The notes below the pieces were generated by a model. The model saw only the letters and a program-made list of their open reading frames with translations. It had not been told where the DNA came from and made no database searches. Shown here in pieces: positions 11,919 to 25,400 of a stretch of 64,000 bases of DNA. Numbering within the stretch: the first letter of the stretch is position 1; the number at the start of each line of letters is the position of its first letter. Location: assembly GCA_964016885.1 (NCBI GenBank), contig OZ024741.1, positions 262,508,001-262,572,000 on the forward strand. Reading direction: 5' to 3'. The stretch is from Eledone cirrhosa (Eukaryota). The position numbers and the translations under genes are program-made.

Positions 11919-13780
11919 TTACGAATGTTTCGACTTACGAGTGTTTCGACTTACGAGTGTTTCGGCTTACGAGTGTTTTGACTTACGAGATTTTTTACTT
12001 ACGGGTGTTTCGACTTACGCGTGTTTCGGCTTACGAATGTTTTGACTTACGAGTGTTTTGACTTACAGGTATTTTGACATACGAGTGTTTCGATACGAGT
12101 GTTTCGACTTATGAGTGTTCTGACTTACGAGTGTTTCGACTTACGAGTGTTTCGACTTACGAGTGTTTCGGCTTACGAGTGTTTCGGCTCACGAGTGTTT
12201 CGACTTACGAGTGTTTCGACTTACGAGTGTTATGACTTACGGGTGTTTCGACTTACGAGTGTTTTGGTTTACGTGTGTTTCGACTTACGAATGTTTCGGC
12301 TTACGAGTGTTTCGACTTACGAGTGTTTCGACTTACGAGTGTTTTGACTTACGGGTGTTTCGACTTACGAGTGTTTTGGTTTACGTGTGTTTCGACTTAC
12401 GAATGTTTCGGCTTACGAGTGTTTCGACTTACGAGTGTTTCGACTTACGGTTGTTCTGACTTACGGGTGTTTCGACTTACGAGTGTTTTGGTTTACGTGT
12501 GTTTCGACTTACGAATGTTTCGGCTTACGAGTGTTTCGACTTACGAGTGTTTTGACTTACGATTGTTTCGGCTTACGAGTGTTTCGACTTACGAGTGTTT
12601 CGGCTTACGAGTGTTTCGGCTTATGAGTGTTTTGACTTAAGGGTGTTTCGACGAGTGTTTCGATACGAGTGTTTCGACATGCGAGTTTTTTGACTTACGG
12701 ATGTTTCGACTTACGGGTGTTTCGACTCACGAGTGTTTCTACTTACGAGTGTTTCGACTTACGAGTGTTCCGACTTACGAGTGTTTTGACTTACGAGTGT
12801 TCCGACTTACGAGTGTTTCGGCTTACGAGTGTTTCGGCTCACGAGTGTTCCGACTTACGAGTGTTCCGACTTACGAGTGTTTCGGCTACGGATGTTCCGA
12901 CTTACGAGTATTTTCGGCTTACGAGTGTTTTGACATACGATTGTTTTGACTTACGGGTATTTCGGCTTACGAGTGTTTTGACTTACGAGTGTTTCGACTT
13001 ACGAGTGTTTTGACTTACGGGTGTTTCGACTTACGAGTGTTTTGGTTTACGTGTGTTTCGACTTACGAATGTTTCGGTTTACGAGTGTTTCGACTTACGA
13101 GTGTTTTGACTTACGGGTGTTTCGACTTACGAGTGTTTTGGTTTACGAGTGTTTCGACTTACGAATGTTTCGTCTTACGAGTGTTTCGACTTACGAGTGT
13201 TTAAACTTACGAGTGTTTTGACTTACGGGTGTTTCGACTTACGAGTGTTTTGGTTTACGTGTGTTTCGACTTACGAGTGTTTCGACTTACGAGTGTTTCG
13301 ACTTACGAGTGTTTTGACTTACGGGTGTTTCGACTTACGAGTGTTTTGGTTTACGTGTGTTTCGACTTACGAATGTTTCGACTTACGAGTGTTTTGACTT
13401 ACGATTGTTTCGGCTTACGAGTGTTTCGACTTACGAGTGTTTCGGCTTACGAGTGTTTCGGCTTACGAGTGTTTTGACTTAAGGGTGTTTCGACGAGTGT
13501 TTCGATACGAGTGTTTCGACTTACGGGTGTTCTGACTTACGAGTGTTCTGATTTACGGATGTTTCGAATTATGAGTGTTTCGACTACGAGTGTTTCGACT
13601 TACGAGTGTTTCGACTACGAGTGTTTCGACTTACGAGTGTTCTGACTTACGAGTGTTCTGACTTACGAGTGTTCTGACTTACGAGTGTTCCGACTTACGA
13701 GTGTTTCGGCTTACGAGTGTTTTGGCTTACGTGTGTTTCGGCTTACGAGTGTTTCGACTTACGAGTGTTTCGACTTACGA

Positions 13781-13857
13781 AAATAACAAATAGACGCGGT
13801 TTCAAATCTCTATGCTTTTCAAGTTCATTACATTAATCTTTATTTATATGTTTCGCT
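13781..13857 (+). repeat. AT-rich interspersed element, copy 7 (CAAGTTC / TATATG variant)
   Basis: Same element; ATG at 13812. Confidence 0.95.
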
Positions 13858-16825
13858 TTACGAATGTTTCGACTTACGAGTGTTTTGACTTACGAGATTT
13901 TTTACTTACGGGTGTTTCGACTTACGCGTGTTTCGGCTTACGAATGTTTTGACTTACGAGTGTTTTGACTTACGGGTGTTTTGACATGCGAGTGTTTCGA
14001 TACGAGTGTTTCGACTTACGAGTGTTCTGACTTACGAGTGTTTCGTCTTACGATTGTTTCGGCTTACGAGTGTTTCGACTTACGAGTGTTTTGACTTACG
14101 GTATTTCGGTTTACACGTGTTTCGACTTACGAGTGTTTTGACTTACGGGTGTTTTGACATACGAGTGTTTCGATACGAGTGTTCTGACTTACGAGTGTTC
14201 TGACTTACAAGTGTTCTAACTTACGGGTGTTCTGACTTACGAGTGTTCCGACTTACGAGTGTTTCGACTTATGAGTGTTTCGGCTTACGAGCGTTTCGAC
14301 TACGAGTGTTTCGACTTACGAATGTTTTTGCTTACGAGTGTTTCGACTTACGAATGTTTTTGCTTACGAATGTTTTTGCTTACGAGTGTTCTGACTTACG
14401 AGTGTTTTGACTTACGGGTGTTTTGACATACGAGTGTTTCGATACGAGTGTTCTGACTTACGAGTGTTCTGACTTACGAGTGTTCTGAATTACGGGTGTT
14501 CTGACTTACGAGTGTTCCGACTTACGAGTGTTTCGACTTATGAGTGTTTCGGCTTACGAGCGTTTCGACTACGAGTGTTTCGACTTACGAATGTTTTTGC
14601 TTACGAGTGTTTCGACTTACGAATGTTTTTGCTTACGAATGTTTTTGTTTACGAGTGTTCCGACCTACGAGTGTTTCGGCTACGGATGTTCCGACTTACG
14701 AGTATTTTCGGCTTACGAGTGTTTCGACTTACGAGTGTTTTGACTTACGGGTGTTTCGACTTACGAGTGTTTTGGTTTACGTGTGTTTCGACTTACGAAT
14801 GTTTCGGCTTACGAGTGTTTCGATTTACGAGTGTTTCGACTTACGGTTGTTCTGACTTACGGGTATTCCGACTTACGAGTGATTTGGCATACGAGTGTTT
14901 CGACTTACGAGTGTTTTCGGCTTACGAGTGTTTCGACTTACGAGTGTTTTGACTTACGATTGTTTCGGCTTACGAGTGTTTCGACTTACGAGTGTTTCGG
15001 CTTACGAGTGTTTCGTCTTATGAGTGTTTTGACTTAAGGGTGTTTCGACGAGTGTTTCCTTACGAGTGTTTCGACTTACGGGTGTTCTGACTTACGAGTG
15101 TTCTGATTTACGGATGTTTCGAATTATGACTGTTTCGACTACGAGTGTTTCGACTTACGAGTGTTTCGACTACGAGTGTTTCGACTTACGAGTGTTCTGA
15201 CTTACGAGTGTTCTGACTTACGGGTGTTCTGACTTACGAGTGTTCCGACTTACGAGTGTTTCGTCTTATGAGTGTTTCGGCTTACGAGCGTTTCTACTAC
15301 GAGTGTTTCGACTTACGAATGTTTTTGCTAACGAGTGTTTCGACTTACGAATGTTTTTGCTTACGAGTGTTTCGTCTTACGAGTGTTTCGACTTACAAGT
15401 GTTTCGACTTACGAGTGTTTTGACTTACGGTGTTTCGGCTTACGAGTGTTTCGACATACGAGTGTTTTGACTTACCGGTGTTTCGACTTACGGGTGTTTC
15501 GACTTACGAGAGTTTCGACTTACGAGTGTTCTGACTTACGAGTGTTCTGACTTACGAGTGTTCCGACTTGCGAGTGTTTCGGGTTACGAGTGTTTCGACA
15601 TGCGTTTTTTTTTACTTACGGATGTTTCGACTTACGGGTGTTTCGACTCACGAGTGTTTCTACTTACGAGTGTTTCGACTTACGAGTGTTCCGACTTACG
15701 AGTGTTTTGACTTACGAGTGTTCCGACTTACGAGTGTTTCGGCTTACGAGTGTTTCGGCTCACGAGTGTTTCGACTCACGAGTGTTCCGACTTACGAGTG
15801 TTTCGGCTACGGATGTTCCGACTTACGAGTATTTTCGGCTTACGAGTGTTTTGACTTACGATTGTTTTGACTTACGGGTATTTCGGCTTACGAGTGTTTC
15901 GACTTACGGTTGTTCTGACTTACGGGTATTCCGACTTACGATTGATTTGGCATACGAGTGTTTCGACTTACGAGTGTTTTCGGCTTACGAGTGTTTCGAC
16001 TTACGAGTGTTTTGACTTACGATTGTTTCGGCTTACGAGTGTTTCGACTTACGAGTGTTTCGGCTTACGAGTGTTTCGTCTTATGAGTGTTTTGACTTAA
16101 GGGTGTTTCGACGAGTGTTTCGATACGAGTGTTTCGATTTACGGGTGTTCTGACTTACGAGTGTTCTGATTTACGGATGTTACGAATTATGAGTGTTTCG
16201 ACTACGAGTGTTTCGACTTACGAGTGTTTCGACTACGAGTGTTTCGACTTACGAGTGTTCTGACTTACGAGTGTTCTGACTTATGGGTGTTCTGACTTAC
16301 GAGTGTTCCGACTTACGAGTGTTTCGGCTTATGAGTGTTTCGGCTTACGAGCGTTTCGACTACGCGTGTTTCGACTTACGAATGTTTTTGCTAACGAGTG
16401 TTTCGACTTACGAATGTTTTTGCTTACGAGTGTTTCGGCTTACGAGTGTTTCGACTTACAAGTGTTTCGACTTACGAGTGTTCTGACTTACGAGTGTTCT
16501 GACTTACGAGTGTTCCGACTTACGAGTGTTTCGGCTTACGAGTGTTTCGGCTTACGTGTGTTTCGGCTTACGAGTGTTTCGACTTACGAGTGTTCCGACT
16601 TACGAGTGTTTCGACTTACGAGTGTTTTGGCTTACGGTGTTTCGGCTTACGAATGTTTTGACTTACGAGTGTTTTGACTTACGGGTGTTTTGACATACGA
16701 GTGTTTCGATACGAGTGTTCTGACTTACGAGTGTTCTGACTTACGAGTGTTCTGACTTACGAGTGTTCCGACTTACGAGTGTTTCGGCTCAAGAGTGTTT
16801 CGGCTTACGAGTGTTTCGACTACGA

Positions 16826-16902
16826 AAATAACAAATAGACGCGGTTTCAAATCTCTATGCTTTTAAAGTTCATTACATTAATCTTTATTTATACGTTTCG
16901 CT
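16826..16902 (+). repeat. AT-rich interspersed element, copy 8 (TTTTAAAGTTC variant)
   Basis: Same element; ATG at 16857. Confidence 0.95.
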
Positions 16903-19397
16903 TTACGAATGTTTCGACTTACGAGTGTTTCGACTTACGAGTGTTTCGGCTTACGAGTGTTTCGACTTACGAGATTTTTTACTTACGGGTGTTTCGACTT
17001 ACGCGTGTTTCGGCTTACGAATGTTTTGACTTACGAGTGTTTTGACTTACAGGTATTTTGACATACGAGTGTTTCGATACGAGTGTTTCGACTTATGAGT
17101 GTTCTGACTTACGAGTGTTTCGACTTACGAGTGTTTCGACTTACGAGTGTTTCGGCTTACGAGTGTTTCGGCTCACGAGTGTTTCGACTTACGAGTGTTT
17201 CGACTTACGAGTGTTTTGACTTACGTGTGTTTCGACTTACGAGTGTTTTGGTTTACGTGTGTTTCGACTTACGAATGTTTCGGCTTACGAGTGTTTCGAC
17301 TTACGAGTGTTTTGACTTACGGGTGTTTCGACTTACGAGTGTTTTGGTTTACGTGTGTTTCGACTTACGAATGTTTCGGCTTACGAGTGTTTCGACTTAC
17401 GAGTGTTTCGACTTACGGTTGTTCTGACTTACGGGTATTCCGACTTACGAGTGATTTGGCATACGAGTGTTTCGACTTACGAGTGTTTTCGGCTTACGAG
17501 TGTTTCGACTTACGAGTGTTTTGACTTACGATTGTTTCGGCTTACGAGTGTTTCGACTTACGAGTGTTTCGGCTTACGAGTGTTTCGTCTTATGAGTGTT
17601 TTGACTTAAGGGTGTTTCGACGAGTGTTTCCTTACGAGTGTTTCGACTTACGGGTGTTCTGACTTACGAGTGTTCTGATTTACGGATGTTTCGAATTATG
17701 ACTGTTTCGACTACGAGTGTTTCGACTTACGAGTGTTTCGACTACGAGTGTTTCGACTTACGAGTGTTCTGACTTACGAGTGTTCTGACTTACGGGTGTT
17801 CTGACTTACGAGTGTTCCGACTTACGAGTGTTTCGTCTTATGAGTGTTTCGGCTTACGAGCGTTTCTACTACGAGTGTTTCGACTTACGAATGTTTTTGC
17901 TAACGAGTGTTTCGACTTACGAATGTTTTTGCTTACGAGTGTTTCGTCTTACGAGTGTTTCGACTTACAAGTGTTTCGACTTACGAGTGTTTTGACTTAC
18001 GGTGTTTCGGCTTACGAGTGTTTCGACATACGAGTGTTTTGACTTACCGGTGTTTCGACTTACGGGTGTTTCGACTTACGAGAGTTTCGACTTACGAGTG
18101 TTCTGACTTACGAGTGTTCTGACTTACGAGTGTTCCGACTTGCGAGTGTTTCGGGTTACGAGTGTTTCGACATGCGTTTTTTTTTACTTACGGATGTTTC
18201 GACTTACGGGTGTTTCGACTCACGAGTGTTTCTACTTACGAGTGTTTCGACTTACGAGTGTTCCGACTTACGAGTGTTTTGACTTACGAGTGTTCCGACT
18301 TACGAGTGTTTCGGCTTACGAGTGTTTCGGCTCACGAGTGTTTCGACTCACGAGTGTTCCGACTTACGAGTGTTTCGGCTACGGATGTTCCGACTTACGA
18401 GTATTTTCGGCTTACGAGTGTTTTGACTTACGATTGTTTTGACTTACGGGTATTTCGGCTTACGAGTGTTTCGACTTACGGTTGTTCTGACTTACGGGTA
18501 TTCCGACTTACGATTGATTTGGCATACGAGTGTTTCGACTTACGAGTGTTTTCGGCTTACGAGTGTTTCGACTTACGAGTGTTTTGACTTACGATTGTTT
18601 CGGCTTACGAGTGTTTCGACTTACGAGTGTTTCGGCTTACGAGTGTTTCGTCTTATGAGTGTTTTGACTTAAGGGTGTTTCGACGAGTGTTTCGATACGA
18701 GTGTTTTGATTTACGGGTGTTCTGACTTACGAGTGTTCTGATTTACGGATGTTACGAATTATGAGTGTTTCGACTACGAGTGTTTCGACTTACGAGTGTT
18801 TCGACTACGAGTGTTTCGACTTACGAGTGTTCTGACTTACGAGTGTTCTGACTTATGGGTGTTCTGACTTACGAGTGTTCCGACTTACGAGTGTTTCGGC
18901 TTATGAGTGTTTCGGCTTACGAGCGTTTCGACTACGCGTGTTTCGACTTACGAATGTTTTTGCTAACGAGTGTTTCGACTTACGAATGTTTTTGCTTACG
19001 AGTGTTTCGGCTTACGAGTGTTTCGACTTACAAGTGTTTCGACTTACGAGTGTTCTGACTTACGAGTGTTCTGACTTACGAGTGTTCCGACTTACGAGTG
19101 TTTCGGCTTACGAGTGTTTCGGCTTACGTGTGTTTCGGCTTACGAGTGTTTCGACTTACGAGTGTTCCGACTTACGAGTGTTTCGACTTACGAGTGTTTT
19201 GGCTTACGGTGTTTCGGCTTACGAATGTTTTGACTTACGAGTGTTTTGACTTACGGGTGTTTTGACATACGAGTGTTTCGATACGAGTGTTCTGACTTAC
19301 GAGTGTTCTGACTTACGAGTGTTCTGACTTACGAGTGTTCCGACTTACGAGTGTTTCGGCTCAAGAGTGTTTCGGCTTACGAGTGTTTCGACTACGA

Positions 19398-19474
19398 AAA
19401 TAACAAATAGACGCGGTTTCAAATCTCTATGCTTTTAAAGTTCATTACATTAATCTTTATTTATACGTTTCGCT
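19398..19474 (+). repeat. AT-rich interspersed element, copy 9 (TTTTAAAGTTC variant)
   Basis: Same element; ATG at 19429; 2572 bp from copy 8. Confidence 0.95.
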
Positions 19475-21989
19475 TTACGAATGTTTCGACTTACGAGTGT
19501 TTCGACTTACGAGTGTTTCGGCTTACGAGTGTTTCGACTTACGAGATTTTTTACTTACGGGTGTTTCGACTTACGCGTGTTTCGGCTTACGAATGTTTTG
19601 ACTTACGAGTGTTTTGACTTACAGGTATTTTGACATACGAGTGTTTCGATACGAGTGTTTCGACTTATGAGTGTTCTGACTTACGAGTGTTTCGACTTAC
19701 GAGTGTTTCGACTTACGAGTGTTTCGGCTTACGAGTGTTTCGGCTCACGAGTGTTTCGACTTACGAGTGTTTCGACTTACGAGTGTTTTGACTTACGTGT
19801 GTTTCGACTTACGAGTGTTTTGGTTTACGTGTGTTTCGACTTACGAATGTTTCGGCTTACGAGTGTTTCGACTTACGAGTGTTTTGACTTACGGGTGTTT
19901 CGACTTACGAGTGTTTTGGTTTACGTGTGTTTCGACTTACGAATGTTTCGGCTTACGAGTGTTTCGACTTACGAGTGTTTCGACTTACGGTTGTTCTGAC
20001 TTACGGGTATTCCGACTTACGAGTGATTTGGCATACGAGTGTTTCGACTTACGAGTGTTTTCGGCTTACGAGTGTTTCGAGTTACGAGTGTTTTGACTTA
20101 CGATTGTTTCGGCTTACGAGTGTTTCGACTTACGAGTGTTTCGGCTTATGAGTGTTTTGACTTAAGGGTGTTTCGACGAGTGTTTCGATACGAGTGTTTC
20201 GACATGCGAGTTTTTTGACTTACGGATGTTTCGACTTACGGGTGTTTCGACTCACGAGTGTTTCTACTTACGAGTGTTTCGACTTACGAGTGTTCCGACT
20301 TACGAGTGTTTTGACTTACGAGTGTTCCGACTTACGAGTGTTTCGGTTTACGAGTGTTTCGGCTCACGAGTGTTCCGACTTACGAGTGTTCCGACTTACG
20401 AGTGTTTCGGCTACGGATGTTCCGACTTACGAGTATTTTCGGCTTACGAGTGTTTTGACGTACGATTGTTTTGACTTACGGGTATTTCGGCTTACGAGTG
20501 TTTCGACTTACGAGTGTTTCGTCTTACGAGTGTTTTGACTTACGGGTGTTTCGACTTACGAGTGTTTTGGTTTACGTGTGTTTCGACTTACGAATGTTTC
20601 GGTTTACGAGTGTTTCGACTTACGAGTGTTTTGACTTACGGGTGTTTCGACTTACGAGTGTTTTGGTTTACGAGTGTTTCGACTTACGAATGTTTCGTCT
20701 TACGAGTGTTTCGACTTACGAGTGTTTAAACTTACGAGTGTTTTGACTTACGGGTGTTTCGACTTACGAGTGTTTTGGTTTACGTGTGTTTCGACTTACG
20801 AGTGTTTCGACTTACGAGTGTTTTGACTTACGGGTGTTTCGACTTACGAGTGTTTTGGTTTACGTGTGTTTCGACTTACGAATGTTTCGACTTACGAGTG
20901 TTTTGACTTACGATTGTTTCGGCTTACGAGTGTTTCGACTTACGAGTGTTTCGGCTTACGAGTGTTTCGGCTTACGAGTGTTTTGACTTAAGGGTGTTTC
21001 GACGAGTGTTTCGATACGAGTGTTTCGACTTACGGGTGTTCTGACTTACGAGTGTTCTGATTTACGGATGTTTCGAATTATGAGTGTTTCGACTACGAGT
21101 GTTTCGACTTACGAGTGTTTCGACTACGAGTGTTTCGACTTACGAATGTTTTTGCTTACGAGTGTTTCGACTTACGAATGTTTTTGCTTACGAATGTTTT
21201 TGCTTACGAGTGTTCTGACTTACGAGTGTTTTGACTTACGAGTGTTCCGACTTACGAGTGTTTTGGTTTACGTGTGTTTCGACTTACGAATGTTTCGGCT
21301 TACGAGTGTTTCGACTTACGAGTGTTCCGACCTACGAGTGTTTCGGCTACGGATGTTCCGACTTACGAGTATTTTCGGCTTACGAGTATTTCGACTTACG
21401 AGTGTTTTGACTTACGGGTGTTTCGACTTACGAGTGTTTTGGTTTACGTGTGTTTCGACTTACGAATGTTTCGGCTTACGAGTGTTTCGACTTACGAGTG
21501 TTTTGACTTACGATTGTTTCGGCTTACGAGTGTTTCGACTTACGAGTGTTTCGGCTTACGAGTGTTTCGTCTTATGAGTGTTTTGACTTAAGGGTGTTTC
21601 GACGAGTGTTTCCTTACGAGTGTTTCGACTTACGGGTGTTCTGACTTACGAGTGTTCTGATTTACGGATGTTTCGAATTATGAGTGTTTCGACTACGAGT
21701 GTTTCGACTTACGAGTGTTTCGACTACGAGTGTTTCGACTTACGAGTGTTCTGACTTACGAGTGTTCTGACTTACGGGTGTTCTGACTTACGAGTGTTCC
21801 GACTTACGAGTGTTTCGGCTTATGAGTGTTTCGGCTTACGAGCGTTTCGACTACGAGTGTTTCGACTTACGAATGTTTTTGCTAACGAGTGTTTCGACTT
21901 ACGAATGTTTTTGCTTACGAGTGTTTCGGCTTACGAGTGTTTCGACTTACAAGTGTTTCGACTTACGAATGTTTTTGCTAACGAGTGTT

Positions 21990-24900
21990 CCGACTTACGA
22001 GTATTTTCGGCTTACGAGTGTTTCGACTTACGAGTGTTTTGACTTACGATTGTTTAGGCTTACGAGTGTTTCGACTACGAGTGTTTCGACTTACGAATGT
22101 TTTTGCTTACGAGTGTTTCGACTTACGGGTGTTTTGACATACTAGTGTTTCGATACGAGTGTTCTGACTTACGAGTGTTCCGACTTACGAGTGTTTCGGC
22201 TTATGAGTGTTTCGGCTTACGAGCGTTTCGACTACGAGTGTTTCGACTTACGAATGTTTTTGCTTACGAGTGTTTCGACTTACGAATGTTTTTGCTTACG
22301 AGTGTTCTGACTTACGAGTGTTTTGACTTACGAGTGTTCCGACTTACGAGTGTTTTGGTTTACGTGTGTTTCGACTTACGAATGTTTCGGCTTACGAGTG
22401 TTTCGACTTACGAGTGTTCCGACCTACGAGTGTTTCGGCTACGGATGTTCCGACTTACGAGTGTTCTGACTTACGAGTGTTCCGACTTGCGAGTGTTTCG
22501 GCTTATGAGTGTTTCGACATGCGAGTGTTTTGACTTACGGATGTTTCGACTTACGGGTGTTTCGAATCACGAGTGTTTCTACTTACGAGTGTTTCGACTT
22601 ACGAGTGTTCCGACTTACGAGTGTTTTGACTTACGAGTGTTTCGACTTACGAGTGTTTCGACGTACGAGTGCTTTTGCCATACGGGTGTTTCGGCTCACG
22701 AGTGTTTCGACTTACGAGTGTTCCGACTTACGAGTGTTTCGGCTACGGATGTTCCGACTTACGAGTATTTTCGGCTTACGAGTGTTTTGACTTACGGGTA
22801 TTTCGGCTTACGAGTGTTTCGACTTACGGTTGTTCTGACTTACGGGTATTCCGACTTACGATTGATTTGGCATACGAGTGTTTCGACTTACGAGTGTTTT
22901 CGGCTTACGAGTGTTTCGACTTACGAGTGTTTTGACTTACGATTGTTTCGGCTTACGAGTGTTTCGACTTACGAGTGTTTCGGCTTACGAGTGTTTCGTC
23001 TTATGAGTGTTTTGACTAATGGGTGTTTCGACGAGTGTTTCGATACGAGTGTTTCGACTTACGAGTGTTTTCGGCTTACGAGTGTTTCGACTTACGAGTG
23101 TTCTGACTTACGAGTGTTCTGATTTACGGATGTTTCGAATTATGAGTGTTTCGACTACGAGTGTTTCGACTTACGAGTGTTTCGACTACGAGTGTTTCGA
23201 CTTACGAGTGTTCTGACTTACGAGTGTTCTGACTTACGGGTGTTCTGACTTACGAGTGTTCCGACTTACGAGTGTTTCGGCTTATGAGTGTTTCGGCTTA
23301 CGAGCGTTTCGACGACGCGTGTTTCGACTTACGAATGTTTTTGCTAACGAGTGTTTCGACTTACGAGTGTTTCGACATACGAGTGTTTTGACTTACCGGC
23401 GTTTCGACTTACGGGTGTTTCGACTTACGAGAGTTTCGACTTACGAGTGTTCTGACTTACGAGTGTTCTGACTTACGAGTGTTCCGACTTGCGAGTGTTT
23501 CGGCTTACGAGTGTTTCGACATGCGAGTTTTTTTACTTACGGATGTTTCGACTTACGGGTGTTTCGACTCACGAGTGTTTCTACTTACGAGTGTTTCGAC
23601 TTACGAGTGTTCCGACTTACGAGTGTTTTGACTTACGAGTGTTCCGACTTACGAGTGTTTCGGCTTACGAGTGTTTCGGCTCACGAGTGTTTCGACTTAC
23701 GAGTGTTTTGAATTACGAATGTTTTGCCTTACGGGTGTTTCGGTTTACGAGTATTTCGGCTTACGAGTGTTTCGACTTACGAGTGTTCCGACCTACGAGT
23801 GTTTCGGCTACGGATGTTCCGACTTACGAGTATTTTCGGCTTACGAGTGTTTTGACTTACGATTGTTTTGACTTACGGGTGTTTCGGCTTACGAGTGTTT
23901 CGACTTACGAGTGTTTCGACTTACGAGTGTTTTGACTTACGGGTGTTTCGACCTACGAGATTTTTTTACTTACGGGTGTTTCGACTTACGCGTGTTTCGG
24001 CTTACGAATGTTTTGACTTACGAGTGTTTTGACTTACGGGTGTTTTGACATGCGAGTGTTTCGATACGAGTGTTTCGACTTACGAGTGTTCTGACTTACG
24101 AATGTTTCGACTAACGAGTGTTTCGACTTACGAGTGTTTCGGCTTACGAGTGTTTCGGCTCAGGAGTGTTTCGACTTAAGAGTGTTTCGACTTACGAGTG
24201 TTTCGACTTAAGAGTGTTTCGACTTACGAGTGCTTTTGCCATACGGGTGTTTCGGTTTACGAGTGTTTCGACTTACGAGTGTTCTGACTTACGAGTGTTC
24301 CGACTTACGAGTGTTTCGACTTACGAGTGTTTCGGCTTAAGAGTGTTTCGACATGCGAGTGTTTTGATTTACGGATGTTTCGACTTACGGGTGTTTCGAC
24401 TCACGAGTGTTTCTACTTACGAGTGTTTCTACTTACGAGTGTTCCGACTTACGAGTGTTTTGACTTACGAGTGTTCCGACTTTCGAGTGTTTCGGCTTAC
24501 GAGTGTTTCGGCTCTCGAGTTTTTCGACTTAAGAGTGTTTTGAATTACGAATGTTTTTCCTTACGGTTGTTTCAGTTTACGAGTGTTTTGATTTACGAGT
24601 ATTCTGACTTACGAGTGTTCCGACTTACGGGTGTTTCGACTTACGAGTGTTTCGACATACGAGTGTTCCGACCTACGTGGGTTTCGGCTTACGGGTGTTC
24701 CGACTTACGAGTATTTTCGGCTTACGAGTGTTTCGACTTACGAGTGTTTTGACTTACGATTGTTTAGGCTTACGAGTGTTTCGACTACGAGTGTTTCGAC
24801 TTACGAATGTTTTTGCTTACGAGTGTTTCGACTTACGGGTGTTTTGACATACTAGTGTTTCGATACGAGTGTTCTGACTTACGAGTGTTCCGACTTACGA

Positions 24901-25400
24901 GTGTTTCGGCTTATGAGTGTTTCGGCTTACGAGCGTTTCGACTACGAGTGTTTCGACTTACGAATGTTTTTGCTTACGAGTGTTTCGACTTACGAATGTT
25001 TTTGCTTACGAGTGTTCTGACTTACGAGTGTTTTGACTTACGAGTGTTCCGACTTACGAGTGTTTTGGTTTACGTGTGTTTCGACTTACGAATGTTTCGG
25101 CTTACGAGTGTTTCGACTTACGAGTGTTCCGACCTACGAGTGTTTCGGCTACGGATGTTCCGACTTACGAGTGTTCTGACTTACGAGTGTTCCGACTTGC
25201 GAGTGTTTCGGCTTATGAGTGTTTCGACATGCGAGTGTTTTGACTTACGGATGTTTCGACTTACGGGTGTTTCGAATCACGAGTGTTTCTACTTACGAGT
25301 GTTTCGACTTACGAGTGTTCCGACTTACGAGTGTTTTGACTTACGAGTGTTTCGACTTACGAGTGTTTCGACGTACGAGTGCTTTTGCCATACGGGTGTT
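21990..25400 (+). repeat. Direct duplication of ~0.7 kb, offset 2710 bp (~21990-22690 matches ~24700-25400)
   Basis: ORF pairs 22097/24807 and 22509/25219; shared rare variants TGTTTAGGC, TTCGAATCAC, CGACGTACG; boundaries approximate. Confidence 0.8.

Larger units (their letters stand above)
14707..20148 (+). repeat. Tandem higher-order duplication, unit 2572 bp (~2.1 copies)
   Basis: ORF pairs 14783/17355, 15240/17812, 15568/18140, 16303/18875, 16857/19429, 17083/19655; rare variants such as CATGCGTTTTTTTTAC and GGATGTTACGAATT are shared. Confidence 0.92.
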
